Notes under the pieces: generated by a model
Databases searched by the model: none
What the model saw: only the letters and a program-made list of their open reading frames with translations
Told to the model about the DNA's origin: nothing
Part shown: positions 51,082-61,846 of the stretch, piece after piece
Layout: each line of letters opens with the position of its first letter
How positions within the stretch are numbered: the first letter of the stretch is position 1
Position numbers and translations under genes: made by a program
NCBI GenBank assembly: GCA_965224415.1
Contig: CBDCZB010000003.1
Span: forward strand, 380,807-444,806
Source: Dehalococcoidia bacterium
GTDB taxonomy: Bacteria > Chloroflexota > Dehalococcoidia > Lucifugimonadales > JAGWBF01
Direction: 5' to 3'
DNA: 64,000 nt

Positions 51082-51542
51082 GCGCGTCGCGGGCGGTTCC
51101 GGTCCGTCGAGTCCAGCATGATGGTGACCGGCCCGTCGTTCACCAGCTCCACCTGCATATATTCACCGAACCTCCCGGTCTCAACCTTCAATCCACGCCC
51201 CTTGAACATCTCCACAACCTTCTCATAGAGAACCTCCGCAGCATCAGGGGAAGCGGCATCGGTGAAGTCGGGGCGCCTGCCCTTGCGGGTGTCGGCGTAG
51301 AGGGTGAATTGGCTCACGACTAGGAATTCTGCCCCCACGTCTAGAGCGGATTTGTTGAAACGACTTTCGTCGTCAGCGAATATTCGAAGGTTGACGGTCT
51401 TTTCCACCAGATAGGCTGCGTCTTCTTGGGTGTCGTCTTTGGAGACTCCCAGAAGGACCAGAAGACCGGGGCCGGTCTTGGCCGTCTCGTTTCCGTCGAT
51501 GGATACGGAAGCGCCGGAGACGCGCTGGAGCAGGGCCCTCAA
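51078..51542 (-). CDS. dtd: D-aminoacyl-tRNA deacylase
   Basis: QRV, LRIF, SQFTL, NDGPVT. Confidence 0.96.
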   Translation of the reverse strand: MRALLQRVSGASVSIDGNETAKTGPGLLVLLGVSKDDTQEDAAYLVEKTVNLRIFADDESRFNKSALDVGAEFLVVSQFTLYADTRKGRRPDFTDAASPDAAEVLYEKVVEMFKGRGLKVETGRFGEYMQVELVNDGPVTIMLDSTDRNRPRRA

Positions 51543-51551
51543 GCCAGCCCC

Positions 51552-51869
51552 CTAGTGGGAGGGGCTCGCCGTTTCTTCTTTGCTTTCGGTGGCGGTGGCG
51601 GACTTGGATGACTTGGAGGAAGAAGTTGACTCCTTTTCCTCCTTCTCCTCCTTGGCTTCATCCTTGGAGCTGGAGGCCCCGCTGTGGCCCGTCTTCTTGT
51701 AGTCGGTGGTGTAGAACCCTGAACCCTTGTATATGATGGGGACCACCTGGAACTTGCGCCTGGCTTGACCTGCACACAAGGGACAGTCGGCCCGAGGCTC
51801 GGAGTCAAAACTTTGTCTCATCTCGAACACGTGCTCGCAACTGCTGCACTGGTAATCGTACCTGGGCAA
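51552..51869 (-). CDS. FmdB family zinc-ribbon protein
   Basis: MPRYDYQCSSC..CPLC..KGSGFYTTDY. Confidence 0.9.
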   Translation of the reverse strand: MPRYDYQCSSCEHVFEMRQSFDSEPRADCPLCAGQARRKFQVVPIIYKGSGFYTTDYKKTGHSGASSSKDEAKEEKEEKESTSSSKSSKSATATESKEETASPSH

Positions 51870-52070
51870 ACCGGCCCTCCTGAGTCGTCGTTGGCTTCAA
51901 AAGCAGCCCGAAGGAGACTGCGAATCGGAATCTAATCTATCATCGGGCTGTTTCCGATGTCAATCGAAACACGGCTGTTCGATGAGCGGATGGAACGTTC
52001 GCCAATGCCAAACAATTATTGGCAGCGACCGATAGATGACCACTGCGGGCCTTGCGTGGCATGATAGACG

Positions 52071-53234
52071 GTGAAGTTTGGTCTGGGGGTGAAGGCGCCC
52101 GTGGTTCCACGATTCTTTAGGGCCGCAGTTATGGCCGCGCTTTGCTTGTCCCTCGCCGCGTGCGGGGGAGCTGCCAGTCCGACGTTGATCCCCACACCTG
52201 AGCCTACGTCCACGCCGGTTCCGACTGCGACTCCAACGCCTCCGTCTGCACCCGTCCCAACCGCCGAGTCGGTCCCATACGTGCGGTTGCCCCAGGACGA
52301 GGGGGCGCACCTGACTCCTGTGGAGTGGTGGTATTTCAACGGACATCTCACCACCGAGAGCGGGGGGGACTACAGCTACCACTTCGTGACATTCCAGTTG
52401 GTCTTGCCGGATGGCCCGACGGTAAGGATTGCACAACTAAGCTGGGCGGACCATTCCCAGGGAGTCCACCTGATCGCTGAGCTGCCCGAGGCGGTCCAGG
52501 CTGAAGCGACCTCTGGGGAATTCGACGGCAGCGTGTCCTCATGGAAGATGACGGGGGATGGTGAGGACTACTCGCTAGCGTTCCAGGTCGGTGAGTATGA
52601 CGTAGAGATGCGGGCGACCTCCCGTAAACCGGCTGCGCTCCACGACGGCAACGGGTACGTCGACTTGGGAGTCGCCGGCAAGACCTACTACTATTCCCGC
52701 ACGAACTTGGAGACCACCGGTTCTCTCATAATAGACGGAAAGTCCCGGGAGCTTTCCGGAACGTCTTGGATGGACCACCAGTGGGGCGACTTCACCACCG
52801 CCGAGATAGGTTGGGACTGGCTGAGCCTATTCTTGGACGACGGGTCGGAACTTACGGTGTCAGTAGTCTGGGAACGCGACGGACGGAAGCACATCGAGAC
52901 CGGCGGCACCTATGTCCCACCGGACTCCGGCGCCGTGCATCTGAGTGGAGATGACATAACGCTCAACCCCAAGGGGTCGTGGACGAGTGAGGCCACCGGC
53001 GGCGAGTATCCCATGGGATGGGACCTGAGAGTCGAATCGTTGGGTCTGGATGTTGCGCTTACTCCTCTTATGGAAGATTCCGAGTTTATAGCCATAGGCT
53101 TCCTACCGGTGCACTATTGGGAAGGAGGGGTGGATGTAGAGGGAGTTAAGGGTGGCTCTCCGATCATGGGCAAAGGGTTCGTTGAGATGACGGGCTACGC
53201 ACCCTTGAGGACGGAATCGCCGCCAGCACCCTGA
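52071..53234 (+). CDS. AttH/lipocalin-like (carotenoid hydratase-like) lipoprotein
   Basis: LAAC lipobox, EWWYFNG, YYYS, WMDHQW, GWDW, YWEG, GFVEMTGY. Confidence 0.88.
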   Translation: MKFGLGVKAPVVPRFFRAAVMAALCLSLAACGGAASPTLIPTPEPTSTPVPTATPTPPSAPVPTAESVPYVRLPQDEGAHLTPVEWWYFNGHLTTESGGDYSYHFVTFQLVLPDGPTVRIAQLSWADHSQGVHLIAELPEAVQAEATSGEFDGSVSSWKMTGDGEDYSLAFQVGEYDVEMRATSRKPAALHDGNGYVDLGVAGKTYYYSRTNLETTGSLIIDGKSRELSGTSWMDHQWGDFTTAEIGWDWLSLFLDDGSELTVSVVWERDGRKHIETGGTYVPPDSGAVHLSGDDITLNPKGSWTSEATGGEYPMGWDLRVESLGLDVALTPLMEDSEFIAIGFLPVHYWEGGVDVEGVKGGSPIMGKGFVEMTGYAPLRTESPPAP

Positions 53235-53284
53235 TAGAGAGGGTTGGGATACAGGAAGATGAACGGGGAAATCACGGAGGGGCC

Positions 53285-54271
53285 ATGAATGGTGCCGGAA
53301 TGGTGATATACCACGGCATCGGCGGCGGCGCTGACCTCCGGGAATACGGGCGTATAGCAGATGACCTGGCCTACGACTCCTTGTGGGTCACCGAGCGTTA
53401 CCTCCATGAAGAGACGGCGTCCATGCTAGGTTATCTGGCCGCGGCCACTTCCAGGGTCAAGCTGGGCGTCGGAGTGGTCAACCCCTTCACGCGACATCCC
53501 GCCCTGTTGGCGATGATGGCGGCCACCCTGGACCGCATCAGCGGCGGCCGGTTCGTCCTGGGCATGGGACGAAGCGACAGTTTCATCATCGAGGAGCGGC
53601 TGGGCATCTCCTATTCCCGGTCACGGACAAGGCTGGAAGAGGCCCTAACAATCGTCCGGGAGTTTCTGGAAAAAGGTTCAGCTTCCTATCAAGGCAGGAT
53701 ATTCAACCAACCCGAGGTCAGCCTGGAGATGAGGCCCGTGCAAGAGAAGCTGCCCATCTATATGGCGGCCATTGGCCCCAGAGCGCTGAAGACAGCGGGC
53801 GCCTTGGCCGACGGTGTGCTGCTGAACGCCTACGTCTCTCCCGGGTACGTGAAGCACGCTGTGGAAATCGTCAGAGCAGCCTCTCAGGAAGCTGGCCGTG
53901 ACCCGAACTCGGTGCGCATCGCCTGCATGTTGGTGATGCGCATGACGCCCCGCCCGGAGGAAGTCCGGTCCGGACTCAGGCAAAGGTTGGTGCGTCTGTA
54001 TGCCGAGGCCCATGTGGGGGAGATTCTCCTGGAGACAGCGGGATTCGACCCGCAAACGGCCTCGCGGCTGCGCGTCCTGTATGAAGAGGGCGACATGAAA
54101 GGTGCAGTGGGGCTCGTCACCGACGAGATGGTGAACTCATGCTACGTTATAGGCCCTCCGGAGCAATGCAGGGAACGGGTGGAGGAGTACGTGAGAGCCG
54201 GCGTGGACGAACCGTTGCTGCTTCCCCGGTTGGAGGACTACCGGAACGTGGCTGAAGCTATGGCCCGGTAA
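53285..54271 (+). CDS. LLM-class flavin/F420-dependent oxidoreductase
   Basis: RHPALLAM..TLD.ISGGRFVLGMG, GALADGV. Confidence 0.92.
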   Translation: MNGAGMVIYHGIGGGADLREYGRIADDLAYDSLWVTERYLHEETASMLGYLAAATSRVKLGVGVVNPFTRHPALLAMMAATLDRISGGRFVLGMGRSDSFIIEERLGISYSRSRTRLEEALTIVREFLEKGSASYQGRIFNQPEVSLEMRPVQEKLPIYMAAIGPRALKTAGALADGVLLNAYVSPGYVKHAVEIVRAASQEAGRDPNSVRIACMLVMRMTPRPEEVRSGLRQRLVRLYAEAHVGEILLETAGFDPQTASRLRVLYEEGDMKGAVGLVTDEMVNSCYVIGPPEQCRERVEEYVRAGVDEPLLLPRLEDYRNVAEAMAR

Positions 54272-54277
54272 GTCTGA

Positions 54278-54805
54278 TCACTTCTGACGCCGGGCAAGAA
54301 GCAACCGGACCTGGCCCCGCGCTTCTATTTCCGCCCAGTCCGGGACAGGACCGCTTTCCAGCAGTCCTATTCTTACAACAACCTCGGACAGAAGATTTGC
54401 CGTGTCGATGCCCATGAATGAGGGTGTGAAAGGCTCCAGTCCCGTCCGGGCATCCCTCAGTTTTGACAGCGCGCCTCTACGGTTATGCCGCTCCATGTGC
54501 AGCAAGCCCACGGCGGACTTCAACAAGGCTTGGTAGAAGAGCCGGATGGGGTATCCCTCATGGAGCCATATCTCTTCCAGGGTCTCGTGGCAGCGCCAGT
54601 ACTGGCCTTGGTTGAACTGCTGGACCGCGGTCTGAAGAGCGGCGGGCGGAACGAGGGGGCCTTGTAGGAAAGCGTTTACGCCCCGGTCATGGATGAGGTC
54701 CAGCCACTGACGGTCAAGCGCGGGGCGTTCGCCCTTGGCGGGCGTTGGCGGAGGCTTTTCAAACGGCATTAGAGCATTTTGCTGGGACAGTGGGTCCAGG
54801 TCCAC
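54278..54805 (-). CDS. DUF309 domain protein
   Basis: FNQGQYWRCHETLEEIW..FYQALL..VGLLH. Confidence 0.88.
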   Translation of the reverse strand: MDLDPLSQQNALMPFEKPPPTPAKGERPALDRQWLDLIHDRGVNAFLQGPLVPPAALQTAVQQFNQGQYWRCHETLEEIWLHEGYPIRLFYQALLKSAVGLLHMERHNRRGALSKLRDARTGLEPFTPSFMGIDTANLLSEVVVRIGLLESGPVPDWAEIEARGQVRLLLARRQK

Positions 54806-54860
54806 AGCCGGACATCTTGCCCGGCCATTGAGTCTCCTGAGAGTATAGCTGTCCCAGGTC

Positions 54861-55448
54861 TTATTGAGGAGAGTTCAGGGAGCCGGTCGATGCACTCACG
54901 TCCGGCGCTCCTAGACTCTGGTGGTAGTCGCCTATGGCGATGGCATTCCATTCATGGGTGGACTTGCCCGTGCCGACCATGCCCCACCGGGTCATGACGG
55001 TGTAAGCCAGTTCCTCTTTACCTGCGTTGGCCCTCCCCAACATGGCGATGCGAACATCCTTAAGGGGATATATGAACAGGCGTATGTCGTGTTCCTTGGA
55101 CCACTCGTGCAGGACCTTGCCTAAGGCCTCGACGCTCTCCTTCCTTTGAGGCAAATGCAACAGAGACTGGCGACCGCAAGCCGCCTCCGTGGGGCGCCAG
55201 AGTTCGGCCATCCGTTCCAGCTCTTTCTTGATGTTTTCTAATCGTTCCGGCAGCTTTGTGTGCTTGGAGCCGCATTTGGGATCCATCGCGCCGGTGTTCA
55301 CGATGCTCCAGGCACACCCCTCTTGCCCTTGCAGCCGTTTAGGGTACCGGCCTTCGCTAAGCGCTCCCAACTTGGAGTTGTTCTCGGTTGAGAAGAGGGC
55401 CCAGCCCAACTCCCTTACCGACAAGTCTATCGCCAACAGGTTAGCCAC
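54861..55448 (-). CDS. RuvC-like (RNase H fold) protein with degenerate active site
   Basis: LAIDL..GWA, ERL..I, G.ANAGKEE, EWNAIAIG. Confidence 0.7.
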   Translation of the reverse strand: MANLLAIDLSVRELGWALFSTENNSKLGALSEGRYPKRLQGQEGCAWSIVNTGAMDPKCGSKHTKLPERLENIKKELERMAELWRPTEAACGRQSLLHLPQRKESVEALGKVLHEWSKEHDIRLFIYPLKDVRIAMLGRANAGKEELAYTVMTRWGMVGTGKSTHEWNAIAIGDYHQSLGAPDVSASTGSLNSPQ

Positions 55449-55507
55449 GCGTCGTGCCTTTCTTCATTGGGCATTGGGTCGGATGCGTGAGAATTCCCCG
55501 CACTCCT

Positions 55508-55735
55508 TTAGGAATTATACGTCGCCGATGCCAATCTAGACGCATCGGACGACGCTTTTGTTCCGCGTCTTTTCCTGGAAGTCTCTGGCGCGTTCGCCCA
55601 GACAGTTTCTTGGAGGACCGCAAAGTCGAAAGGATTGTTGAGCCAGTAGTTCCTGGCACATTGAAGGCATCTCCAGTGGTCCTCTTCCTTGTATAGGTCA
55701 CCGCTGCACCTGGTGCATCCCCTGAGTCTGAACAT
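55508..55735 (-). CDS. Small zinc-ribbon protein with basic tail
   Basis: CTRCSGDL..CLQC; GGAGG RBS. Confidence 0.7.
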   Translation of the reverse strand: MFRLRGCTRCSGDLYKEEDHWRCLQCARNYWLNNPFDFAVLQETVWANAPETSRKRRGTKASSDASRLASATYNS

Positions 55736-56040
55736 CGTATCAGCCTCCGCTATTTGCTGGTGTTGACTCTTAGCACACCTTAACAATCGAATATTAATAA
55801 TTTGTTTAGGAATGCTAGGATTTTGCTGGATCTTCTCGGGAACTGGCCCCGGAAGGATATTTCGGGCTAAGGCGTTGAGAATATCAGCACATTTGTACTA
55901 GGGTCAACGGAGCGGCGTCACCCCCCTTGCGGCTGGCTCATTGCGAACCGTTCTCAGGGGAGTTATCATGCAGGCAAGTGAATCAAGGGTCCGGAAACGA
56001 CCGGGCAGTCGCCAATCTGGGGCAGGCTCAGGAGGCCTCC

Positions 56041-56967
56041 ATGAGCATACGTGTAGGGTACATGCCGGGCGGCTATCCCGCCGGTGAAGAGGGAAAAAGC
56101 CATCTCAAGCGCCTGGTGGAGGTGGGAGACGAGTATGGCTATGACTCGATATGGCTCTCCGACAGGGTGGTCGGAGAGAGGTTCAGCCCCGAGCCTATGA
56201 TTGCCATGGCCATGGTCGCCGGATATTCGCCGACGCTGAAGTTCGGCACCAGCGTACTGCAACTCCCCATACGGAGCCCCGTGGTGTTGGCCAAGGAGAT
56301 GGCCACGCTGGACTACCTTTCCGACGGGCGCTTTCTGCCCGCGATTGGGCTAGGCCAGGAAGACCCCCGGGAGTACGAGGCCTGTGGCGTGTCCAAGGCA
56401 GACCGGGGCAAGCGCACCGACGAGGCTATGGAGGTCATGCGCCGTCTCTGGCACGAGGACAACGTGACCCACGAGGGACAGTTCTACACCCTCCATGACG
56501 TAACTGTCACCCCCAAACCCGTGCAGGAACCTTCCCTGCCGGTCTGGGTCGGGGGTCGGAGCAAGGCGGCCCAGAGACGGGTCGGACGAGTCGGGGACGG
56601 ATGGCTGGTGTCCTTTGCCACCCCCGACGAGGTCGCCCAGGGCATCGAGGTGGTGTTTGAGACGGCCGGAGAAAATGGACGGTCGGTGGATGAGGACCAC
56701 GTGGGGGCCCTGATAGGCTTCTACATAGCGTCCACCAAAGAAGAAGCCGAGCAGCGCTCCGAGGGCTATCTGACCCGCCTCCGCGACGACGCCCACTTCA
56801 CCGAATACACGGCCCTCGGGCCGCCAGACGAGGTCCGGGGCTTGGTGAAGCAGTACCTGAACGCAGGAGCTTCCAAGTTCGTCATGAGGCCCACCTGCTC
56901 GCCGGAAGAGACCTTGGAGCAGCTCGAACTCTTCGGCAAAGAGGTCCTCCCCGACTTCCACGGCTAG
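56041..56967 (+). CDS. LLM-class flavin/F420-dependent oxidoreductase
   Basis: YDSIWLSDR, PVVLAKEMATLDYLSDGR, PVWVGG. Confidence 0.92.
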   Translation: MSIRVGYMPGGYPAGEEGKSHLKRLVEVGDEYGYDSIWLSDRVVGERFSPEPMIAMAMVAGYSPTLKFGTSVLQLPIRSPVVLAKEMATLDYLSDGRFLPAIGLGQEDPREYEACGVSKADRGKRTDEAMEVMRRLWHEDNVTHEGQFYTLHDVTVTPKPVQEPSLPVWVGGRSKAAQRRVGRVGDGWLVSFATPDEVAQGIEVVFETAGENGRSVDEDHVGALIGFYIASTKEEAEQRSEGYLTRLRDDAHFTEYTALGPPDEVRGLVKQYLNAGASKFVMRPTCSPEETLEQLELFGKEVLPDFHG

Positions 56968-57448
56968 GCTTTTTCGGCGAACAAAACCGGAAGCCGCCTA
57001 AAGCGAACCCTTTCACCCATAAGCGGAGATGGAAAGGGCAAGTCATAGCGGTATTCGGCGGTGGAAGAGACGTGGGGTGACGATGGTTTTTGCTCGATGC
57101 GTGGATGTCTCGATATACCGACTCCATAACCTAGTCGTCCTCGTACCACGGTGTAATCAGCATGGTCGGATTCGACCAGCGGCCAGTGATACCGAGCTTG
57201 GCTTATTGAGGCTGGTCGAAGGGAGATAGAAGGCCACATGACTACACGACCGTTGCTGTCCTGTCCGTGCTGTGGGCCGTGATAGACTCTACAGTGAGTC
57301 CTCTCCGGGATGAAGTCAGACGCTTGCGGACTGACATAGACCACCTACACAGCGACACCCTACAAGGATTCGAGAACGCCTCTACTGAGTTGCGGTCTAT
57401 ACTTGGTGAGCATGAGCACACAGAGAGTGGGATTAAGGTGCCCTTACG

Positions 57449-57961
57449 ATGATAATGGCTGACCCCAACAAGGTCAGGATTAGTCGGGAGATTCTGTCAG
57501 ACGGGCCTGGCTACAAAGCCTACCCTCAGCATCGCTCCTTCAGGAACGGCGAAGAGACAACCAAACGACACATGGGTAAGTACGTTGAGGGGATGTACAT
57601 CCCAACCTCTCCAGAGTGGGAACCACCTGACTACCTTATGGGCAAGCAGTGGCGCATCGTCAACGAAGCTGGTAACACAGTAGGACTGAAAGCGTACGTC
57701 CCCCCACTAGCGAGACGGCATCTATACACTGATGAAGTCATCAAGCGACATGAAGAGCGAAGAGAGGAAAGGCGTCGTGAGTTCGACCGTGACTCTCATT
57801 TCGAGGTGTTCCTCAAAGGGTCTCGTCATACTGTACTCTTTCGTTGGCCCTTCTGGAGACGACGACCTAGTCGAAGTGCCTTACTCGTGCGTGAGGTCTC
57901 GTTGAAGGAGAGACTACTTTGGAGGCTGAGACGCTTCTGTGGCTTCGATGTGCACGAGTAG
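57449..57961 (+). CDS. Hypothetical protein (lower GC)
   Basis: 170-aa ORF overlapping upstream small ORF 57267-57452; no motif recognised. Confidence 0.4.
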   Translation: MIMADPNKVRISREILSDGPGYKAYPQHRSFRNGEETTKRHMGKYVEGMYIPTSPEWEPPDYLMGKQWRIVNEAGNTVGLKAYVPPLARRHLYTDEVIKRHEERREERRREFDRDSHFEVFLKGSRHTVLFRWPFWRRRPSRSALLVREVSLKERLLWRLRRFCGFDVHE

Positions 57962-58642
57962 AGGATAAGCCTAAGTGTGAGTATATCAATTCGGGGTCTT
58001 AGAGAGGATGTCCTTCGACCGCCATAGAGGGACAGCGGTTCTGTTGGGTTCATCGGATTCAAGGACCGGAGACCGAACGAATCCGCAAGCTAAATGAAGC
58101 AAACACCAAAGCGTGTACATGGGGTTGTCTGATTTTGCTTGTGGTCGTAATTGTGTTCGTAGTTGCGGTCATCATTGCGAGCACAGTCTCAGTCGTTGGG
58201 CAACCGATCACGAGGCTGCCTTGATTGAAGGTATGGTGTGTCATTGAAGATGGATATACATCCTTTCCGAATGATTTATCAGAAACATATCAGTCGATGA
58301 ACATTTATGCAACTTAGGTATCATTCTGCAGCTAGGTTAGACACCACGATTAAGATGCCACGCGTTAGGTTTGGCGCCATTCCTCCAACGATTGAATATT
58401 CGTAGGTCGACGCAAAGACCCCGGGCCAGTACCCTTCATGTGAAATGCCCGGCTTTCGTGAACCTCTCCAGCTGAGCAATGAAGTCAAGAGGCAGCCAGG
58501 ACGGAACGCATTTGTCCTTCTAATACGTTGTATGTAGAGAGAAGCGTCAAAGACTTGCTTGTCTCTCGGAAGGCGTCGGGTTCTCGTGTCCGCATGAATT
58601 GACACCCACACAGCTGCGTATATATACTCAATGCATATACTC

Positions 58643-58950
58643 AAAGGCTGAGAAGAGGAATAGTAGGTTTTCAAGCGGGGCTACAGAGAGTCGGGTGAGA
58701 TGAGAGCCGGCGCCGGCGCGAAAACTGAATGGATCTCTGAGCCGCAGGGCGAAACCTCCCCGGACACGAGCGGGGAACAGTAGCCCGAGCCGGGTGGAGC
58801 CCGTTACAGGTCCGCGGCACGGAGGGCGGCGCATCCCTCCCCGCCGGTTGAGATGCCCCAAGCGGCCGCGCATGACAGGTCAAGCCGCAGGGCAATAAGG
58901 GTGGCGCCACGGGAACGTCCCGTCCCTTGAGGACTGGGCGTTTTTTTATT
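58643..58950 (+). promoter_or_regulatory. Trp T-box riboswitch with terminator
   Basis: Stem I AGTA/AGAGAG motifs, specifier TGG 58730-32, T-box AAGGGTGGCGCCACG, hairpin plus T7. Confidence 0.9.
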
Positions 58951-59003
58951 TGCCCCGTCATCCTTTTGTGGATGGGACATATTGGAGGGAAACAAGGAGC
59001 GGA

Positions 59004-60023
59004 ATGACCAACGGAAAAAGACGGATACTCACGGGAATGCGTCCCACCGGAAAACTCCACCTGGGGCACTACGCGGGTGCCCTAGAGAACTGGGTACGGC
59101 TGCAGCACGAGTACGAATGCTACTTTCTAATCGCCGACTACCAGGCGCTGGGAGACCACATCCGAGACATCGCCGGAATCCGCCGGTCGGTGATAGACGT
59201 GGCAATGGACTGGCTGTCCGTAGGGCTGGACCCTGAGGAGAACGCTTTCGTGGTCCAGAGCTATGTGCCTGAGCACGCAGAGTTGACTATGTACATGGCC
59301 ATGCTCACGTCCCTGGGCCGGCTCCAGCGCAATCCCACTCTGAAGAATGAGATGGCTCAGTTGGCCGACGAAAAGACCGAGGTGACCCTGGGGTTCTTCA
59401 ACTACCCAGTGAGCCAGGTGGCCGACATACTTCTGCCTAAGGGAGAGCTGGTCCCCGTGGGAGAGGACCAGGCGCCCCACATCGAGTTCGCAAGAGAGCT
59501 GGCCCGCAAGTTCAACCGGACTTACGGGCCAGTATTTCCTGAACCCCGCGCCATGGTGGGCAGGGTGCCCAGGCTGGTGGGAGTGGACGGACAGGCCAAG
59601 ATGAGTAAGAGCCTGGACAACGCCATCTACCTGTCCGACGACTCCAAGACCGTCGAGAACAAAATTAAGCGCATGATCACCGACGTGACGGGCAAGAATC
59701 CTCGCCTCAAGGCTACCGACCCCGGCGTGGTTGAGTATAATCCGGTGTTCCTGTACCACGACGCCTTCAACCCCGACACCCAAGAGGTGGATGACTTGAA
59801 GGACCGCTACGGGAAGGGAACGGTCAGCGACGCCGAAGTAAAGCAGACGCTAGTCAAAGCCCTAAAGGACCTACTGGACCCCATCCGCGAAAGGCGCGCC
59901 CACTACGAGGCCAACGTCGGCGAGGTCTACGAGGCCATAGACTCCGGGACCAAGCGCGCCAAGGTCATTGCCCAACAAACGATGCAGGAAGTCCGGGAGG
60001 CCATGCAGGTCATATACACGTGA
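59004..60023 (+). CDS. trpS: Tryptophan--tRNA ligase
   Basis: TGMRPTG.LHLGH (HIGH), VPVGEDQ, KMSKS. Confidence 0.97.
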   Translation: MTNGKRRILTGMRPTGKLHLGHYAGALENWVRLQHEYECYFLIADYQALGDHIRDIAGIRRSVIDVAMDWLSVGLDPEENAFVVQSYVPEHAELTMYMAMLTSLGRLQRNPTLKNEMAQLADEKTEVTLGFFNYPVSQVADILLPKGELVPVGEDQAPHIEFARELARKFNRTYGPVFPEPRAMVGRVPRLVGVDGQAKMSKSLDNAIYLSDDSKTVENKIKRMITDVTGKNPRLKATDPGVVEYNPVFLYHDAFNPDTQEVDDLKDRYGKGTVSDAEVKQTLVKALKDLLDPIRERRAHYEANVGEVYEAIDSGTKRAKVIAQQTMQEVREAMQVIYT

Positions 60024-60075
60024 CCTTGCGGCCTACAGGCTCCACGGGAGAGATCCAAGAAAGTATGGACAAGCC

Positions 60076-61523
60076 ATGTATAGACCGACTCTAGACGAAG
60101 TAAAGGCCATGGCGGGCCAGGGCAACCTGGTCCCCATATACCGGGAAATCGAGGCGGACCTGGAGACTCCGGTCTCCGCCTATTTGAAGGTGGCCCGTTC
60201 TCCCTACTCCTTCCTGTTGGAAAGCGTGGAGGGAGGGGAGAAGCTGGCCCGTTACAGTTTCATAGGCACGGACCCCTACAAGATTCTCAAGACAGGCAGA
60301 GGCACACCCGAGGGCGCCGTGGACCCTCTGATACCCATCAAAGCGGAGATGGACAAGCATAAGCTTATCCCGACGCCGGACCTGCCCAGGTTCCACGGCG
60401 GGGGCGTGGGATACCTGGCTTACGACGTGGTGAGGTATTTCGAGCCGAGGCTTAAAGAACCGCCCCAGGACACCCTGGGACTCCCTGAATCCATCTTCAT
60501 GTTCAACGACACTCTTCTGGTCTTCGACCATCTGGCCCACACGATTAAGGTGGTCAGCCACGTCTTTCTAGAAGGAGACGTGGAAGCAGCGTACAAGGAA
60601 GCTGTAGCCAAGATAGAACGCATGGTGGACCGGCTCACGACGCCCTTGGAATTCCCACGTTCGCTGAAAGTTGACCCGGCTGCGGCAGGCCGCCCCGTGG
60701 AATCCAGCTTCACCCAGGCGGAGTATGAGGCGGCTGTGGAGGAGGCAGTGGAATACACCCACGCCGGGGACGTCATACAGGTGGTCCCGTCCCAACGGCT
60801 GCGGCGCAAGACCGACGCCATCCTTTCCAGATATACAGAGCGCTGCGTTCCATCAATCCGTCGCCATACATGTATTATCTGGAACTGGGCGACATACATA
60901 TCGTGGGCGCTTCCATAGAGACCCTGGTCCGGGCTGAAGACGGAGTCATAGTCACTCACCCCATAGCGGGCACTCGTCCCAGAGGGAGCACTCCCGCCGA
61001 GGACGCTGCGCTGGAGGAGGAACTAAAGACCAGCGAGAAGCAACGGGCCGAGCACATAATGCTGGTGGACCTGGCCCGTAACGACGTGGGCCGTGTCAGC
61101 ATTCCAGGTTCGGTGCACGTTCCCGACCTGATGTACGTCGAGAAGTACTCCAGGGTCATGCATCTGGTGTCTCACGTGGAGGGACGGCTGAAGCCTGAGC
61201 TTAACGCTTACGACGCCCTGCGTGCGTGTTTCCCGGCGGGGACTCTGTCTGGCGCCCCCAAGATAAGGGCTATGGAGATCATCAGCGAGCTGGAGGGCGA
61301 CAAGAGAGGCCCCTACGGCGGCGCGGTGGGCTACTTCAGCTTCTCGGGCAACGTGGACACCGCCATCGTCCTAAGGACGGCGGTTATAAAGGACGGCGTG
61401 GCGTATGTGCAGGCTGGGGGAGGAGTTGTGTCCGACTCCACCCCCACCGACGAATACGAAGAGACCCTCCACAAGGCGGGCGCCCTCCTCCGCGCCATCG
61501 ACAAGGCCGAGGGCCTGGCGTAG
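60076..61523 (+). CDS. trpE: Anthranilate synthase component I, single-base frameshift near 60818
   Basis: [24 protein letters not shown] then other frame [24 protein letters not shown]. Confidence 0.92.
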
Positions 61524-61604
61524 GGGATCCGGTCGGGCGCTAATTGTGCTTTGGTCGAAGTAGACTGGATTCAGCGTGTGGTAGACTAGCCGTCATGGGA
61601 AGCT

Positions 61605-61802
61605 ATGAAGACTAAATACTTCCGAGACACGGACACACTCTACATCGAGCTTTGCTCCGCCGAGGTGGACGAGACGCGAGACTTGTACGAAAACACCCTT
61701 CTCGATCTAGACAGTGATGGCCGACTCTGCGCCATAACCATTGAGCGCGCCAGCGACCGTATGGCTATTCCGTCGTTCTCTTACGAGCAAATCCCGGCCT
61801 AG
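61605..61802 (+). CDS. DUF2283 domain protein
   Basis: YFRDTDTLYI..LLDLDSDGRL.AITIE.AS. Confidence 0.8.
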   Translation: MKTKYFRDTDTLYIELCSAEVDETRDLYENTLLDLDSDGRLCAITIERASDRMAIPSFSYEQIPA

Positions 61803-61846
61803 GCCACCCATTGTCTGGACGTGAGACTTCCCGAGAGCTATGCCAG

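Noticed and set aside
54861-55448. TnpB/IscB/Cas12-like RNA-guided nuclease
   Set aside because: Only 195 aa with a contiguous Holliday-junction RuvC layout; no REC/WED region, IS ends or ncRNA-sized leader
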